Numbered from the stretch's first letter, positions 10,937 to 30,432 are shown. The stretch: 64,000 nt of DNA from Microbotryum violaceum (GCA_001244265.2 LN717261.1:186001-250000), one strand, 5' to 3'. Notes: generated by a model not told the origin, from the sequence alone. Translations and numbers: made by a program.

Positions 10937-13836
10937 ATGACAAGTCCGACGCCACTCCAATTCGCCCCCTTCTCCTCGTCCATTACCCCCGCATTCTGGC
11001 AAGAACTGACACGGCTCAAACTGCACGTGTTGCAGCTCTCGGACGCGCCCGTCGACGTGTATGCGAGCTATGGCAAGGGCCGCACGGTGCAGGATCGCTT
11101 GACGGGGCAGCACGTTGCTTTGACGCGTGCTTTGGAGTTGGATCCGAGTGGGCTGGGCACCAACAGGTACGTTTCGGCGATCTCAGTGGGCGGGCCAAGA
11201 CCCGGACTGGAGGCGGGTGCGACGTCGCACCAGAGAGGGTGATGTAGGACATGGTCGCAGCAGTCAGCACAGCTTTGTGTACCGAGTGGGTTCGGATGGT
11301 AGTCCTGCATGGGGTGTAGCTTCCATCCGGTGGTAAAGTTGCTGCCGTCAACCTCGATCTGCTGCTCCACGCCTGCCATCATGTGGGGTGGGACCCGCTC
11401 GACCGGTGGTCCGATCTGATCGCCAACATAGTCCATCGCTAATCACGGTACCATTCGTTCCTTCCGCTCAGTCCACCAAGTCAAACCTCTGCAGACAATG
11501 TGGTCCTCACCGGGCGGTTGCGCAACTTGAACACGATCGAGGAGTTCAAAAACTCGGACAAGGCCGCCATGCTCGATCAACTCGGTGAAGAGGTCCGTGC
11601 TTCGCGAGAAACGCCTTGATAGTCTCGGGAATAACCCATGCTTTCGCTTTGTCGATCACAGATATGGCAGAGGATGAATTCAGGCGGCGTTGCACCGACA
11701 GAATCTGAGCTCAATCCGTTCCTCATGATCACCTTCGCGGACCTGAAAAAGTACCGGTACTACTACTGGTGTGCGTTCCCGGCCTTGTTGCAAAAGCCGG
11801 CTTGGGAAGTGTCGGGCGATTGGGAAGATTATCCGCATGACCAGGTACGCGAGATCAGAAACGCGAAGATGAGCCGAGAGGCCTACCAGTTTACTAACGA
11901 CGCTTTCGTTTGCATTTCGAAGCTCGACCTGTCTGCTCTCGAGTCGGCATCATTCCAGCTGGCCAAAGTCATAGAAGGACAAGAGGGGCACACTCTTGCT
12001 CCCATCTCGCAAGCGACCGAGTTCTTCAAGGGCGTACTTCCCAACGAGGTGAGCTGTGAGAGCTATGCGAGGTAGAGTGTAACGCTAGACGTAGAAAAGA
12101 CAAGACCTGACACAGATGCGTCTCTGCAGCGCAAGCTCATCTTCACCGACCCGTCGTCGCATCCCAACGCTGTGGGCTGGCCCGTCCGGAACGTCCTCAC
12201 CTATCTTGCCCGAGCGCACCACGTCACCTCCATTCGTCTCATCTCCGTTCGTGAATCCTCTCTCCGAACCGTCTTCATCTCGATCCCCGCCCCGGTCCCA
12301 AGTACTCGGCCAAGCGTCATCGGCTGGGAGAAGAATGACAAGCTCAAGCTCGCTCCCCGCGTCGCCGACTTGGCACCCCTCATGGACCCGACCAAACTCG
12401 CGGACCAAGCCGTAGACCTAAATCTCCAATTAATGCGATGGCGCATCCTCCCCGCGTTGAATCTGGACAAGATCAAGCATACCAAAGTGCTCTTGTTGGG
12501 AGCGGGGACGTTGGGGTGTTATGTCGCGCGGACATTGATGGCTTGGGGGGTGAGGAAGATCACCCTCGTCGATTCAAGCACGGTCTCCTTCTCCAATCCC
12601 GTCCGACAACCCTTGTTCGAGTTTGAGGATTCGTTGAACGGGGGTAAACCCAAAGCTCAAGCGGCGGCAGATTCGCTCAAGAGGATCTACCCTGGAGTCG
12701 TGAGCGGCTTTGCAGAGGTTCCGTGAGGGTTCATCTCGCTAACCCCACATCATACGTCTGCAACCGATCACAGGATGCCACAGGAGTGTCCCTCTCGATC
12801 CCCATGCCTGGCCATCCTATTCCTCCCGCACTGCAAGAGCAATCCAAGAAGGATGTCACAGTTCTCGAACAGCTCATCGATGGGCATGACGTCGTCTACC
12901 TGCTTATGGACTCGAGGGAGAGTCGGTGGTTACCGACTTTGATTGGCGCATCAAAGCAGAAGGTCAGTTGTGCCCTTTTCGAGAACGCTACAAAATTGAT
13001 CTAGCATCTGAATCTCTGCAAATGTTTCAGCTCGTCATGAACGTCGCTCTTGGGTTCGACACATTCCTTGTCATGCGCCACGGGGTCCCCTCATTCCGCC
13101 CACCCGCCGAACCAGCAGGCCCCGCTCAGCCTGGCCAGCCATACAGGGGCCAATTAGGATGCTACTACTGCAACGATATCGTCGCACCCATGGACGTGAG
13201 TTCAGGTGATCGTTTTTGAGATGAGTCGGAGCCTTCATTGATTGATGTCTTTGATGCTGCCCGACCAAACACCCACAGTCCTTGACCGACCGAACATTGG
13301 ACCAAATGTGTACCGTCACCCGACCTGGGATCGCCTCGATCGCTAGTGCTACAGCTGTCGAACTCATGGTCTCGCTTTTGCAACATCCGCAAGGTGCACG
13401 AGCTCCATCGGACGTAAGCATACCTGCGAACGCGACGACGACTGCTGAACCGGGTGAGGATGGTGGAGAAGGATCTTGTTTGGGCGTTGTGCCGCATCAG
13501 ATCAGAGGGTATTTGAGTCGGTTCGAGAACCTCAAAATCACGGGACAAGCGTACGACAAGTGTACGGGATGTAGCCGGCATGTGAGTAGCACTCGCAAAG
13601 TGATTACATTCCGACTTGAGAATCTGATGTCTACAAGCATTTTTCGTCAGGTAATCGAGGCATACGGAAAAGAAGGTTTCGCGATGCTCGTCCAAGCGTT
13701 CGAGGATGCCAAGTACCTCGAGCGGTTGACGGGATTGGACAAGATTGAGGAAGAGACGGAGAGGATGATGGAAGGGATGGAGGAATGGGACGAGGAGGTT
13801 GAGGTGGTTGAGCCGGAGATTCAGAGTGCTTTCTGA
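10937..13836 (+). CDS. ATG7: Autophagy E1-like activating enzyme Atg7, multi-exon
   Basis: N-terminus '[23 protein letters not shown]'; motifs '[12 protein letters not shown]', '[13 protein letters not shown]', '[10 protein letters not shown]', 'LGCYYCND' and catalytic '[14 protein letters not shown]'. Confidence 0.96.
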
Positions 13837-16154
13837 GGGGCAGGCTGGTGATCTTGGTTGATAATGTATAAGGCAAGAGTTGTCCTTGGTTGTGGGTTCT
13901 TCGACGTGCTCAACAAACACTGGCAACGCGCGTCGTGCTCTCTTTTCTCTACCGCGAGCAGTATTCAAGCTGCAAATCGGCATTTATGCTGCAAATCGGA
14001 GATCTGGTGAAGGAACCTGAGACCGCGCATCGATCGACCTCGCGCCGAGGAGTGCTAGCTGACTCCTGAGTCGCACGGACCAGCCGGTCCAAGAGCAGAG
14101 CATTACTGAGCACATTGAAGATACCAATCAAATAAAATAAAACCGTTGCCCCCAACTGGGGCGATGCTGGTGAAATAGCATGACGTAATTGGTCGAGCAC
14201 AGATTGTCGCACCTGTCAAGAGCCACGCGGGCCAAGTGTTCGAGATCTGTAAGGTATGCGCCTCTGATGTGCATAAATTGCAACCTGTCGTTCTTGACCA
14301 CTAGACTAAAAGCAAGTCGTAACTAGAACTCGGCAGTTCTAGCTACTCAGAGGCTACTTATAGGGCTGTTCTGAAAGGCATCCCCTTACATAAGGCGGGG
14401 TATCTTCACAGGGATGGTTTTGGAGATGATCAGCAGTGGGAGATGGAGGATGCAGAGGCACAGGACGAGAATGGAAAGCGTGGAGAGGAGGAGGGTGGTA
14501 CTGGAGGAGAGGATGAAGTTGCAGGAGGAGCAAGGGGCGGGCGAGGGCAGTAGAGCTAGTAGAGGCTGGGTTCGATTTCCCCCTACCATCCCACACACAC
14601 CCCCACCAAATCACACATCCTCGTTCAAAAACAAAAAAAGAGAAAAAATAATGTATACTAAATATCTTGCTTTCATCTTTCATCTATTACAGGTCTGCTT
14701 TCGTTGCTCATGGACCGGCTCGCGATTTGGGATTGACATGACTCGACGGTGGCTCGCGCTCTTTGGCTTCAGGGTTCTGAGTCAAGGGAGGGATCAGCAA
14801 TCACAGGCAGAAAGTCGGCTTCGAGGGGCCAGGGACTGCTGAGGTGGAGGTTTTGAGGGGCCTCCACCGCGTCTTGTTGTGACCGAGCATAGACTTGGGG
14901 CTTCGTGGGTCAGGGTAGTTGCGCAGTCGCTCTCCTGTCTTTGTTTCGACCGAGTTGGGAAGTGGGTGCGGGGTGGGCCTCTTGTCGTTAGTTAGTCGTT
15001 TTATTACTCTTTCCCTACCTCTCTCTCTCTCTCTCCTTCTCTCTCTCATTCGTCTCCTTGGGGGGAGCAACCGCTTGGCTGGGGCACTTGAATCCCGAGT
15101 ATCGGATTAGTGGACACCGGCCCGATTCTCGCATCTTGTGGGCGGTTTGTGTTATCATCGTCGACTTCCATCTAGTTTTTCCGTAGGCCAATCAAAGGGA
15201 GCAGAAATTAGGGGCAATACGATGAACAGTTTCTACAAACAAAAATAAATTAACAATAAATAAAAAATAAATAAAAAATCAAAAAAATCCCTGTCGATCT
15301 CCGCATCGCACGTGGCGCAGCGCTCGGGCCCTATCCGACAACAGCGAATCAGTTGGATGTCCCCGAGATATGACAAGAGGACAAAAAATGCCCACAAAAT
15401 ATCGCGAAAAGACAGACTCTCGCTACCTCTTATAAAGACAGTGGCGAAGGGGTCGTGCCCGGTCCACCCGGCAGAATAGTTACGGGTGGTTGTCCTTTTT
15501 TAAATTGCAGAATCGGTCTACTCTGCAAAGACGGTAGCGGCTTGTATACATGTAAGGATATATCCTTACACATGAGTTAAGGTCAATACACAACCAAATC
15601 TGTTCATCTTGATATTGTAACATCAACATATAACTATTTCTGAATGGTGTCTGCAAGGACTACATGATAGCATGTGTATTGCAAGACTTGTAGTGACTCA
15701 AAATTTCTGTGTCCTTACCGCACCTCCCGTATCCTTACCGCACCCTCGTAGCTTACATGTGTCGACATGTGTAAGGAAGGATACGCCTGCGTGCGCACGT
15801 GACATGCGTAAGGATACGCTCGCGCGCAAAGAGCACTGGCTGCTGCTGGTGAATAATTGACTCTTTCCGCACACCAGTGGTTGTCAAAGTATCGCCATGC
15901 CCATTTTGCACTAAGTTTAGTTATACATACTATTGCTGACCGCTATCATAGCCCCTACTGTGCACTACATTAGTGATTGACAAGGCCAAAACTTCACTGG
16001 ACCACTGGGGCACAACTTTGTGAGTCAAACTTGCCATCAACATGAATGTTCCCCACTGTGATTTCCTCCAGGAGCACTGCACCTCTGGAAATCATTGTAA
16101 GAGGAGAGCATCGTCAGCTCTATTGATCTGCTTTTTTGGCGTTCCCGACACTCA

Positions 16155-18221
16155 CTATTCGCATTCATGAAAAAAAGCCGACGCATCTTCCATCTTCCAG
16201 ACACCTTGTCCTTCTTCAAGAGTCCCTTTGGGTGGTAGACTTGACACTTTAATGCCAATATCGGTAGGATCAGAGGGCTCATGGTATAGACTCCACATTT
16301 CGTGCCACTGCCGCATCAGCATTAGGTTGAAGGCTTGCAAGAAGTTCAATGACTCCTCTTCTAGCTCGTAGAAAAGAACGGAAACTAATCCGCCAGCGTT
16401 CCTGTCCCTATCGGCCTAGCGAGAGAGCCTTTGATTGCGTCGAAATGATAGCCTGCGGCCTCTTGCCCGTATCCAACCGTCGCGTTCGTAACGAAATGTG
16501 AATTGTTGATGTTGTACACTCCTGACCGAAGGCGCCAGACCATCTCTGGCATTTGGTCCGAAACACCGAAGCGTAGCTGAGCTGGGGCCAGTGGATGTTC
16601 CGGGTAAATATTGTTGATGTTGATCACGATCACACGGGGGAGCGAGGTGATTGAAACGAATTGCACGTAAGAGCCTCCGGGGCAATTGCGCTTGTGATGC
16701 CGACGGCCTGAGTTCTTTGCCTCTGTGTACAATTTCAACGGTTGCCCAACGATTGAGGCGAGGACGTCCGACAACGTTTCCAGCGAATGCGAAGGCAGGT
16801 GGAGACTTGAGATGAGAAGGGGCCAGTCAACCACAAAATGTCGTCTTGGGGACACCTCAATCTGAATGCAGTTGCAGGCAGTGCAATACCCGGCCCGTTG
16901 AAGATGTAATTCGACGAGAGTTCGGTCGGGATCATTCAACGTGACAGCGCTTGGCAGAACCGGATGATCGACGGTGAACGAGTGAAGTGTCTCGAGCCAG
17001 GTCTGCCGAAAAAAGTGATGATTAGCGTCCAGTTTTAATCGTCTTGGGAGGGCGGGGTTCGCTAAGTGATTGACTGACTACTGGGCTACTATAACTCCCC
17101 CGCTTAAATGGAGTTGTAAAATGGCTTCCGCGCTCTTTCGACATCCCAACCACAGTGGAAATCATCCGTTCTCGTAATTGTGTGTATGCTTCAATGGCGT
17201 TCGCCGCCGGTTTCATATCAAACTTTCGAGCCAATGCTGTGTATTCGCGAATCGCATCCCATGGCTCGAGTGCCAAATATCGAGGGCGGAGCCTCAACAC
17301 CATCTCATCGCCAAGTGGAGGAATCACGTAGGCCCTATGGGTGTTAAGGATATCCAGACACTGCAGCCATGGTTCCAATCCGTTGGCGACCGAGAGCAAT
17401 GCGATAAGCGTTGAGTCAATCCAGCAAGAATTATCGCTCCACGGGCCTTGGATAATGACGACTGGCCCGTCTTCACCTGATCGAAGCCAGAAGTCTGCGT
17501 GGAGCTGCACAATCGTGCTACCGAGCGATGTCGATGTCGATGTCTTGGGCGGAGCGAATTTTACCCTTGGTGCAGATCTAGAGTCCTCTGGGAGCTTGTC
17601 ACTGGTGCGCTCGAGTGACGTCGACGTCGAAGCAGGTTTTGGCGTGGCGATTTCTACCTTTCTTGCAGATTTCGATGGCGCCAACTCCGACTTGGATGCA
17701 ACCAGGGACAGGGGAATGTCGAATACGGACGTACATGTCCTCTTTGCCTCCGATTGTGATTCAGGTTCCGACAAGAGGAAAGCCAATCGTTTTCGAGGTA
17801 TCCGGTATTTTCGACCACTGGGGGCTTCCAAATTTCGTGCATTGTGCTGCGCAAGAACTGTGAGACGGAGGATAAATCAGAGCAGGATTTCCGTCAGCCA
17901 GGCCTCAGCGCCTCTGCACTCAGTCAACAGTCTGGGGCGGAGGCGTACGTATTTGGGACAACTCCATTTCTTCATTGAGCGCCCTCACAGCCATAGGGAC
18001 AACGGGGACTTGTCGCGATGGGCCGCTGAAATCTGAGCGGGGAGGACTACCTTTCGATTTGGAATTGGACGTTTGATGGAGCTTGATGGAGCGATCCGTC
18101 GGGGGAATGGCTTCGGATGAATTGCAATGAATTGAGGGCGTAAATGCAACGTCGTCTGATGATTCGCTCGAACTATGCTCGTCAGACGGCGGGTCAGGAA
18201 TCTTGCGCTTGTGGGGGTAAT
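16155..18221 (-). pseudogene. 3' part of the MULE gene with a USP/UCH (peptidase C19)-like cysteine protease domain
   Basis: Cys-box-like 'WSDNSCWIDSTLIALL', CxxC 'CTAC', His-box-like 'WRLRSGVYNINNSHFVT...YHFDAIKG'. One reading frame runs across the copia insertion site once the element is removed. Confidence 0.6.
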
Positions 18222-22927
<4,706 letters not shown>

Positions 22928-22932
22928 GTAAT

Positions 22933-25762
22933 CAACACGTGTTAAGCCCTTTTTGGAAGCCATCGACTGCGCAGTGGGCCATTGCCCTGCCTTGACCGGT
23001 TCTTTGGTTGCTGCCGGGAACGATTTGACGTGGAAGGAGGTGATTTGGTTGATTCGCTCAGTGGTGGTGTTGCAGAACCCTTTGACAGGTCTGAAGGTCC
23101 TTGTGGTGACTCAGAAAACCCGATGCCATCTAGACGAGCAGGTGCAGCGAACGAGATCGAAGGCTCAGGCATGTTGGCGTCACTGACGTAGGATGAAGGT
23201 ACCCGATTGCGTGACTTGACCTTTTTGATATGAGCGCGGACGTTGCCTTGCTCGTGATAAGTGGAACTCCTGACATAGCCGTCTGTTTTCAAAGCAAAGG
23301 CGAGAATGGTTTTAGATGAGGATAATGGGTTGGTGGTAACGCTATGCCAGGGCCTTATCGGTCGCATGACTTTCAATTCGGTCTGTCATTTTCGCGAAGT
23401 CAATAAGTCGCATCACCCCTTCCACCGGTCCAAAGCGTTCGCCACCACATGAATGGATTAGGAGCCAGTGGGAAGATTCCACCGCATTTGTTGTGGTAGC
23501 CACGCATCTTTCTGCGGATCCATTGAGTTCCTTGAATACCACATTTCGAATCGCCGGTCGTGTCCATCATTTGATCCAATTCTCTGACACAGGAAACTCG
23601 TCGATTGTGCGCTTTGCCATGGACTCAATCGATGCATGGGACTTCGCGTTGCGCATGGTGTTGACCAGCATTGCAAATCGTTCGCGCTCCGTTTGCGTAC
23701 TGAGATGTCGGACCCCGAACCTCCTGACCTGCTCAATGAAGTGAAAGGCGCACCCGCTTGCCGCCTTCTCGCCAATCTGAATAGCCTCTGCAGTCCACTG
23801 TGACACCTGATTGGGTGTGACGTTCAAGCGTCCCGCATCTGCGGTCTTGCGTGCCACGTATCAATCCGAAATGGCTTGGCGAAGACCCGAAATCTGCGCG
23901 CTTGAATAATCGACAACAAATGTGACTCCGTTGACGATGTCCTCCACGCTATAATTGGCATCGTCAAGAATCTGGAATAGGTGCGCAAAATGTCGACGGT
24001 AGAAGCCCGATCGCTCGTGGTTGCCGACGGAGTACAGGATCGGAAACCAGCGACGAGCGCTTGGCGAATAGCAGACCGTGGCGAGCAACACCCAATTGTC
24101 GCGAAAGTAGGTGTTGTGAGCGTCGGTAGGCCATCCCGAATTGCCTTCGACTAGCCGGTCGTCAATCGTTTCCGAGAGCCTCGCTTTCATCTGAGGAGTC
24201 TGGATGCCAAATGACTTCTCAGAGTCGGTTAGCGAGTTGGAGGTGATCTTCGACTTCGACCGCAACCCATCGTTCCTGGGTTGCTTCCGAGGGTCAGGAT
24301 CGTGTATTTGCTCGGCAAGTGGCTGCCCTTGGCGCTGTCCCCGTATTTCGATGTACGCGAGGCAACCGGAATTGGCAACAGCTTCAATAGCTGACCTCAA
24401 CGTGTCGGACAGGGCTCCATTACGCTTACTGTGGCCCACTCTTGGTGCGTATCTCGAGATTGATCGAGTGCTGTCGAATACAGGGCAAATCTCAGAGGCG
24501 GACGGCCGATGACGAGGGTCCTGCGGAAATGCGGTCATTTGTCCCATGCGCAGCTCAGCGGCCGATGCTTGTGGAGCGGCTTTACGCAATTGTCGCAGCT
24601 CTTCCAGATGTTGCGGGGACGGACGCGACACCAGAGGCGGAGGATGCAAATGGTACCCTGAATGCCAGATATATATTTCCCCCGGGCATTCCTCACGCTG
24701 CCCTCGGGCATCGTAGCGGAGCAGAGGATGTGCCTCATCGGTCCGTTGCAGCTTGTGATTGGACACGGCGGTAACTCGTCTGAAGGCCTCTCAACGTTTG
24801 GAGCGAGGTGCTTGCGGGTTGCAGCCTTCTTGGGGTGTCCTGTGACGAGTTGTGGAGTCTCCTCCTGAAACAACTTCGACCTACTCGCTGTCGACAGCGA
24901 TGTGTGAGGTCGACGCTTGCCAGGGCATGATTGATCACAACAGACGAACACGCCCATGCAACGTCTTTTGCTGTACTTGCTGTACTCGACGTTTGCATCC
25001 AAACGCGGGCCTTTCCATCGCCCTTTTGAATCGGTTCGAGATGATGACGCCGAGAAAGCCCACATGTGTGACAAGCCACCGCTCGAGCCTGGATCCATAC
25101 GAACAATGAGGACGTCGGCCCAAGTCCCGTTGGGCCGCCAAGGATCAAGAACAATCTCTTGTGGGTATGCTTCGAGCATCAAGTCTGTCATCGTTGTTTT
25201 TCCTTCACTATATTTTGGTAAATTCGCATGATCTTCACTGTTGACGAGCTTGTCATCCGTTGAATATGGTTCGGTGTTCGGACGTAGATTGCCGGAGATC
25301 CTGTCGCTTGGAGATGCTTCACGCTTTTCCCTGACAAGCAAGTCGTGCTTGGAAGCAGAAGGTGCGTCACTTGGAACAGGGGCATCTACCCGGCCTTGAG
25401 GTCTTGTAGTGATATTTACGAATGGGAGTCGAGCCTTGATGTGCTGGTAGACCTGTGACATTTGCAATCAAGAGTCAGCTCAGCGACTAAAGCTCAACGA
25501 CGTAGAATCCGTCAACTCATGAAGCTATGCGCACTCTCAAGGTAATGCCTGCTTCTGCTGGCAACGAGTCGATGTCGAGTACGAAGCCGGTCAACCCGAG
25601 AACCTTGTCCGAAGAGTCGGTCGCAGCAGTAAATGCTGCGAGTTGGTCGTACCGGCAGGAGGCAAGACATGGAGTCGAGTGAGTAGATGACGTAGCCGCG
25701 TCGTCGACCACCCAGTAGTCGAAGCAGGAGTCCTCTGTACAGAGGCACAGATAAGTCGCCAA
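22933..25762 (-). pseudogene. GCM/WRKY-type zinc-finger MULE transposase (frameshifts and stops); 5' part
   Basis: GCM-like 'RRCMGVFVCCDQSCPGKRRP...CPITSC...C...GYHLHPPP'; DDE core 'WPTDAH', 'FVVDYSSAQISGL', CxxH 'GCAFHF', 'TTTNAVESSH'. Split across several frames. Confidence 0.8.
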
Positions 25763-26091
25763 ATTAAACGGCTAGTAACTGGCTGAGTGGCCTGTCAACA
25801 TTGCTTGGGAACTGATCTAATCTTGTCTTGCATACCTTGGAGAGCCAGGCCAGTTAGCTCAGCAACCTCTTCCAAAATATCTCGTAGATAGACGAAACAA
25901 TGTCCTGTCTCCGTGAAGTTGATGGACACCAACAGCGTAAATATTATCGGCACGTTAGTCACCAAGAGAGGTTTTAAGGAAACCTCAGAGTTGACCATCA
26001 TCACTAAGAAAGGCAAGCGGACAATATCAATTTCCAGTGAAGCCGTTTGTTAAGCAGGCTGGGAGAGCGCATGTTGATGTAAAAGTGCACC

Positions 26092-26250
26092 ACCTATAGA
26101 GGTGGCAGCGGTAGGATGTTACGCAGCGCAGTGTCAGAACCGATAGTTGAGGAACAAATGATTGAAGTATTGTAACTAACCTATATAGGTGGCAGCGGTA
26201 GGATGATGCGCAGCGCAGTGTCAGAACCGATAGTCGAGGAACGAGTGATT
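26092..26250. repeat. Two-copy ~87-bp tandem duplication inside the MULE
   Basis: 'ACCTATAGAGGTGGCAGCGGTAGGATG...TCAGAACCGATAGT...GATT' at 26092, repeated with a few substitutions at 26179. Confidence 0.9.
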
Positions 26251-29200
26251 AAAGAAAAGATAAACAAGGGAGTCTGCTTTGCGAAGGCATAGGCCCACGC
26301 GCAAGACTATAATCCACTCAGACACTAAGTCTAATCCACTGCCTTAAAACCAATCGAGCCTCCGGGCGCGCGCCTCGCCTCGTTACCGAGACCTACCATC
26401 TAGACAACACATGTGGCGTACCTTCAAGCTTAAGAGTCGTATTTTGCTGCTTGGGAAGAATGGAGCTGTCCTTTGGAATAGCCTTGGGTTGTGAAACGCT
26501 TAGACGGGAGAGGTTCGGAGCTAATGCTGGTGAAAGCGAGCCGACTTGGAGGGTAGAAGCGGAATTCACACTCTCAACACTGCTTTGACTGCGCAGCGAC
26601 GGCCAACCGGGATCGCTGTTCTGGGAGCACAGGAGAGGCATTGTTGACTTCTCTTGCTTGATGGTGTGGTGGAAGGGAGTGTCGTGGGCGAGCCGAGTGG
26701 AACAAGGTGAGTCATTGTCACGGTCGTCCTTGTGATCGTTGTGCTTATCGTCCACATAATTGTCACAGTTCTCCTCGCAGTCCTCTGCGGACTTGATGCG
26801 ATTAGGCAAGTCGCTTGTACGATCGGTGATAGGAAATTCTCCTGTTGGAGTCGGGGATTTCGATAGCCGCGGTGCGGACACCGTGCAGGTCAATGCTTCA
26901 GCTTGAAGGTCGCCAGAATCGTCCTGAGGATGCGCTGAGTTTGCCGACTCGAGGTGCGGTAAGGACACAGAAATTTTGAATCACTACAAGTCTTGCAATA
27001 CACATGCTATCATGTAGTCCTTGCAGACACCATTCAGAAATAGTTATATGTTGATGTTACAATATCAAGATGAACAGATTTGGTTGTGTATTGACCTTAA
27101 CTCATGTGTAAGGATGTATCCTTACATGTGTCGTGGCCGAGACGGTAGGTGGACCACACCTCGGGCAGACATAAAAAATACGCCTTAACAGGCGCGCGCG
27201 CAGCGCCCCATCACGTGCCTTCCAAGTCACTGCCCCAGCGGGGTGTACCCTTGCTACCCCAGGGCGCCGACTTGGCCCCGTTGAGGTATGCCCACCTCGA
27301 TGTCGAGCTACCGAGACGTTCACTCCCACTATAACTCGGTGGAAAACCTGGAAACAAAGGCACAGTCGGCGAGTAATAGTGCATTCGGATTTTTGCATAT
27401 TTTTTGAGAGTTACTATTGTCCTCTGCAAGCTGAACAAGAGCGCTACCTCAAACACGTGATTCGGCACGGGTCGCGCGGAACAATTGGGGCCGGGACTGG
27501 CCGGGACGTCGACGCGTCACGACTCCGGAGACGCTGGAGAGGGCCGCGACGCGTCGCGCTCGCGCATACCGCCCATTCTTTTGCTTTGCTCAATCGCCCC
27601 CTACTACGTATACGAAGTAACGAACTAGAAACGAGCATCCGTGACTTTGCGACAGTCTGAAACGAACGCCCACTTCGAAATACCGGATCAGTCATAGTCT
27701 TGCTGCTCCTGTCATGATGAGTCAATCCCATCAACCACCTTCCAAATCGCAGCCAACGTTTGGCGCTCCGGCGATGAACAGCAGTATGTTTGCCGCCGAT
27801 CGACACGGGTGCTCTGCCTGGACTACCGGCTCACGATCACATCTGACACATAGGTTCATAAGCTGCCTCTAGGTACGAGTCGTGCACCTTGCCTTGGACT
27901 CCCTATCAGTCCGCATATATCGACTATTCGGGTCCGTGGGTGGCCGTCGCGTCGATCGCGTATAGCATCGGTCTGGTCTGACGTTACACCGTCGTGCACC
28001 CGATCCAGCGTCCACTTCCGCTGGCGTAACGGCCATCTCGAACCCTGCGTCGTACAACTATCCATCGTCTCCGGGATCTGCTTCGTCCAATCAACCAGTT
28101 TACCGTCCCACGTTCCCCGATCCTGGACGCATCGATGGCCCGTATCTAGCTCCGCCAGCAAGCATCAATCTCGCAAGCATCGCAAGCATCGCAAGCATGG
28201 TCGAACAAGGAGGGAACAATCCTGGCGGCACGGGTGACGCGGCAGGTTTGCCCAATACTGCACTTCCGCTCGCGATCGTCAAAAGTTGCGGTCCGCACAA
28301 GTTTCCCAAGACGAGGAGGGAGGCCGCGCATCAGGAGGGAGGGATGTATCAGCGAATGTCTGCGCACAGCTTGGAACGCACCCGTGGCCGACAAGAAACG
28401 TTGAGACCAAATGCCAATGATACGACATCATCCGCAAGGAACTGTTCCGTGAGTACAAGAAGTGCAGCCTGCCTACTCTTCCATACACATGCCTAATTTT
28501 GACCCGGCTCGCTGTCTTCAGAGTCCGCGCTGCGCTAACACTCCGTGCTGGACGGCGAGAAGATCCAATCACCCAAGTTCGTCTATGACGTAAAGGCCCT
28601 CAGGGACAACGCCAGAATCATTGTTCAGCGCGGCGCGCTCCTTCGCAAAGCGGATTTCCGAAGCCCGAGTAGCAAGCTCAAGTTGTTGGGACGACCTGGA
28701 TCGGATCATCCCATTGCTGCGTGCAGGCGAGCTGAGCTTCAGGCTGGAGGAAGAGGTAATCGGGTCAAGTGCAGACCAGGCAATGGCCGACGGCGATGAA
28801 GGCGGCGACAGCGATGCTGACCGGCGGACTCGGAACACGAGCTCCGACGAGTACAGCGAGTGAGGTGACGATGGCCGAGCTTTCAGCGCCAGCCGTACTC
28901 GTCGACGCGCATGCGGTGAGGAGATCTCGGCTGTTGAAGGGCCAGAATTCGTTGGACAACACAGGCCACCACAATCGTTCTTTTATAGTTTTGCTTCATA
29001 TGCATCCGGCTCTTGGTGACTAAAGGCGGAGAGGGTAATTGTTCGTTGCCCTTCGCACCTAATCTTCCCCTGGGCCGCTCGAGACCGACCTCTCCTTGTT
29101 GACGTGGGATGTGCCAGGGACGTAACCCTGCTCACAAACATTATCCTTCTTGTTCTGCTGGGTTGTTCTCGAAGTACTATGTAGAGTTGAATTGCCCAGT

Positions 29201-30432
29201 GAGAATGGAGTGCTCCCTGATCCGTGGACCAGACGGAGCGTCTGCTTTCCGGAAGTGACTCTTTGAGCAAAAGAATGAATGAACAGAATTCGCAAGGCGC
29301 TTCCACTAATTGCAGTGTATGTTGGCATCTTTTTATAATCTATTAGCACTAAAGTGAACGGGCAAGGGTTGCATCTGGCCGGGCTCGGTCTTCGCCAAAG
29401 TGCCAATCAGAGCTGCTGGGCCACGGTGACGACCCCCGGCCGGCTGACTTCAAGCGGCGCGCGCTCCCAGGGAAGGCGAACTGATCTGAGCCCCTGAATT
29501 CTGTACGCACAAGCGGAGCGGAACACGTAGGTAATCAGTCGTAATTTGCGAAGTAGCGACAAAGTACGTGCTTGATGAGAGGTGGGTCGAACTCGATCAT
29601 AGGTTCGGTGAGAACATGGAAGGCTTAGGCTTGTAACAGGCTCTTGGAGCGAGAACCTCAATTGACTCCGAAACATGATCAATGGTCGCTCATACCTACC
29701 TCTTACTTGAAAAAACACTCCTTCTCATCAATGAGGTAGGCCGCCAATCCTCAGGCCCCACAGTGAGTGCTCAAAGCAGAGAGAATTCTTGCATTCGCCG
29801 CACTAAAATGAATTGTCAGCACTTCTGCCCCCGTCAAGCATAAACTAAACTAGAGCTTGAGATCTTGACACTAAGCTCTTCTTAAAACAGGCGCAAGTCT
29901 CAGTAGCAGGGATCGGGATCGGTGCAAAGGGTCTTTTGCCGCGCCATGGCAGGAAGTCGAATCCTTCGAGCGGGAATCCTCATAAAGAGAGCCGCCCAGC
30001 CATACGCACATGCCAACTTTGCTATTCAACCCTGTCCGAAGGTAGGAGATACATTCTCTATATTGACCAAACCCAATCACCCATTTTCACGTGGTATACA
30101 TTCTAGGTACTCGAGCAGTTGCATGCACTTTGATTGAAAAGTCACCCGGCCAGTCACCCGGCGGGAGCCTAGTAAGGCAGGCGCAGCCCAGAGATTAGGT
30201 CTGACAATATTTCTTCCTATAAGACGGTGTTATTACTCTCATCCACCGCAATTGAGACGACTATAGTTTGCAAACACCATGTCCATTGTTTAAATATTAA
30301 GTTGCTCCACTAACTCAATCTAAATCAGAAGCTGGTCTAACCGCCCGAGAAGTATTCGTCTTCCTGACCAGCGAATTCATCGCCGTAGCTTTCACCCGAA
30401 GAGCTGCCCATCTCACCGTCCTGCTCGAGAAG

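Noticed and set aside
14350-15530. GA-rich ORFs and A-rich tract left of the MULE
   Set aside because: Low complexity with multiple stops; probably decayed repeat, family not assignable.
26393-26968. 191-aa ORF overlapping the right MULE TIR as a mudrB-like gene
   Set aside because: Non-ATG start, low complexity and no domain evidence.
27150-30300. Possible TE remnants, including an acidic-tailed ORF at 28621-28863, a (GCAAGCATC)n repeat at ~28157-28198 and a weak ~20-bp inverted match at 29437/30135
   Set aside because: No diagnostic motifs or TSD; too weak to call.
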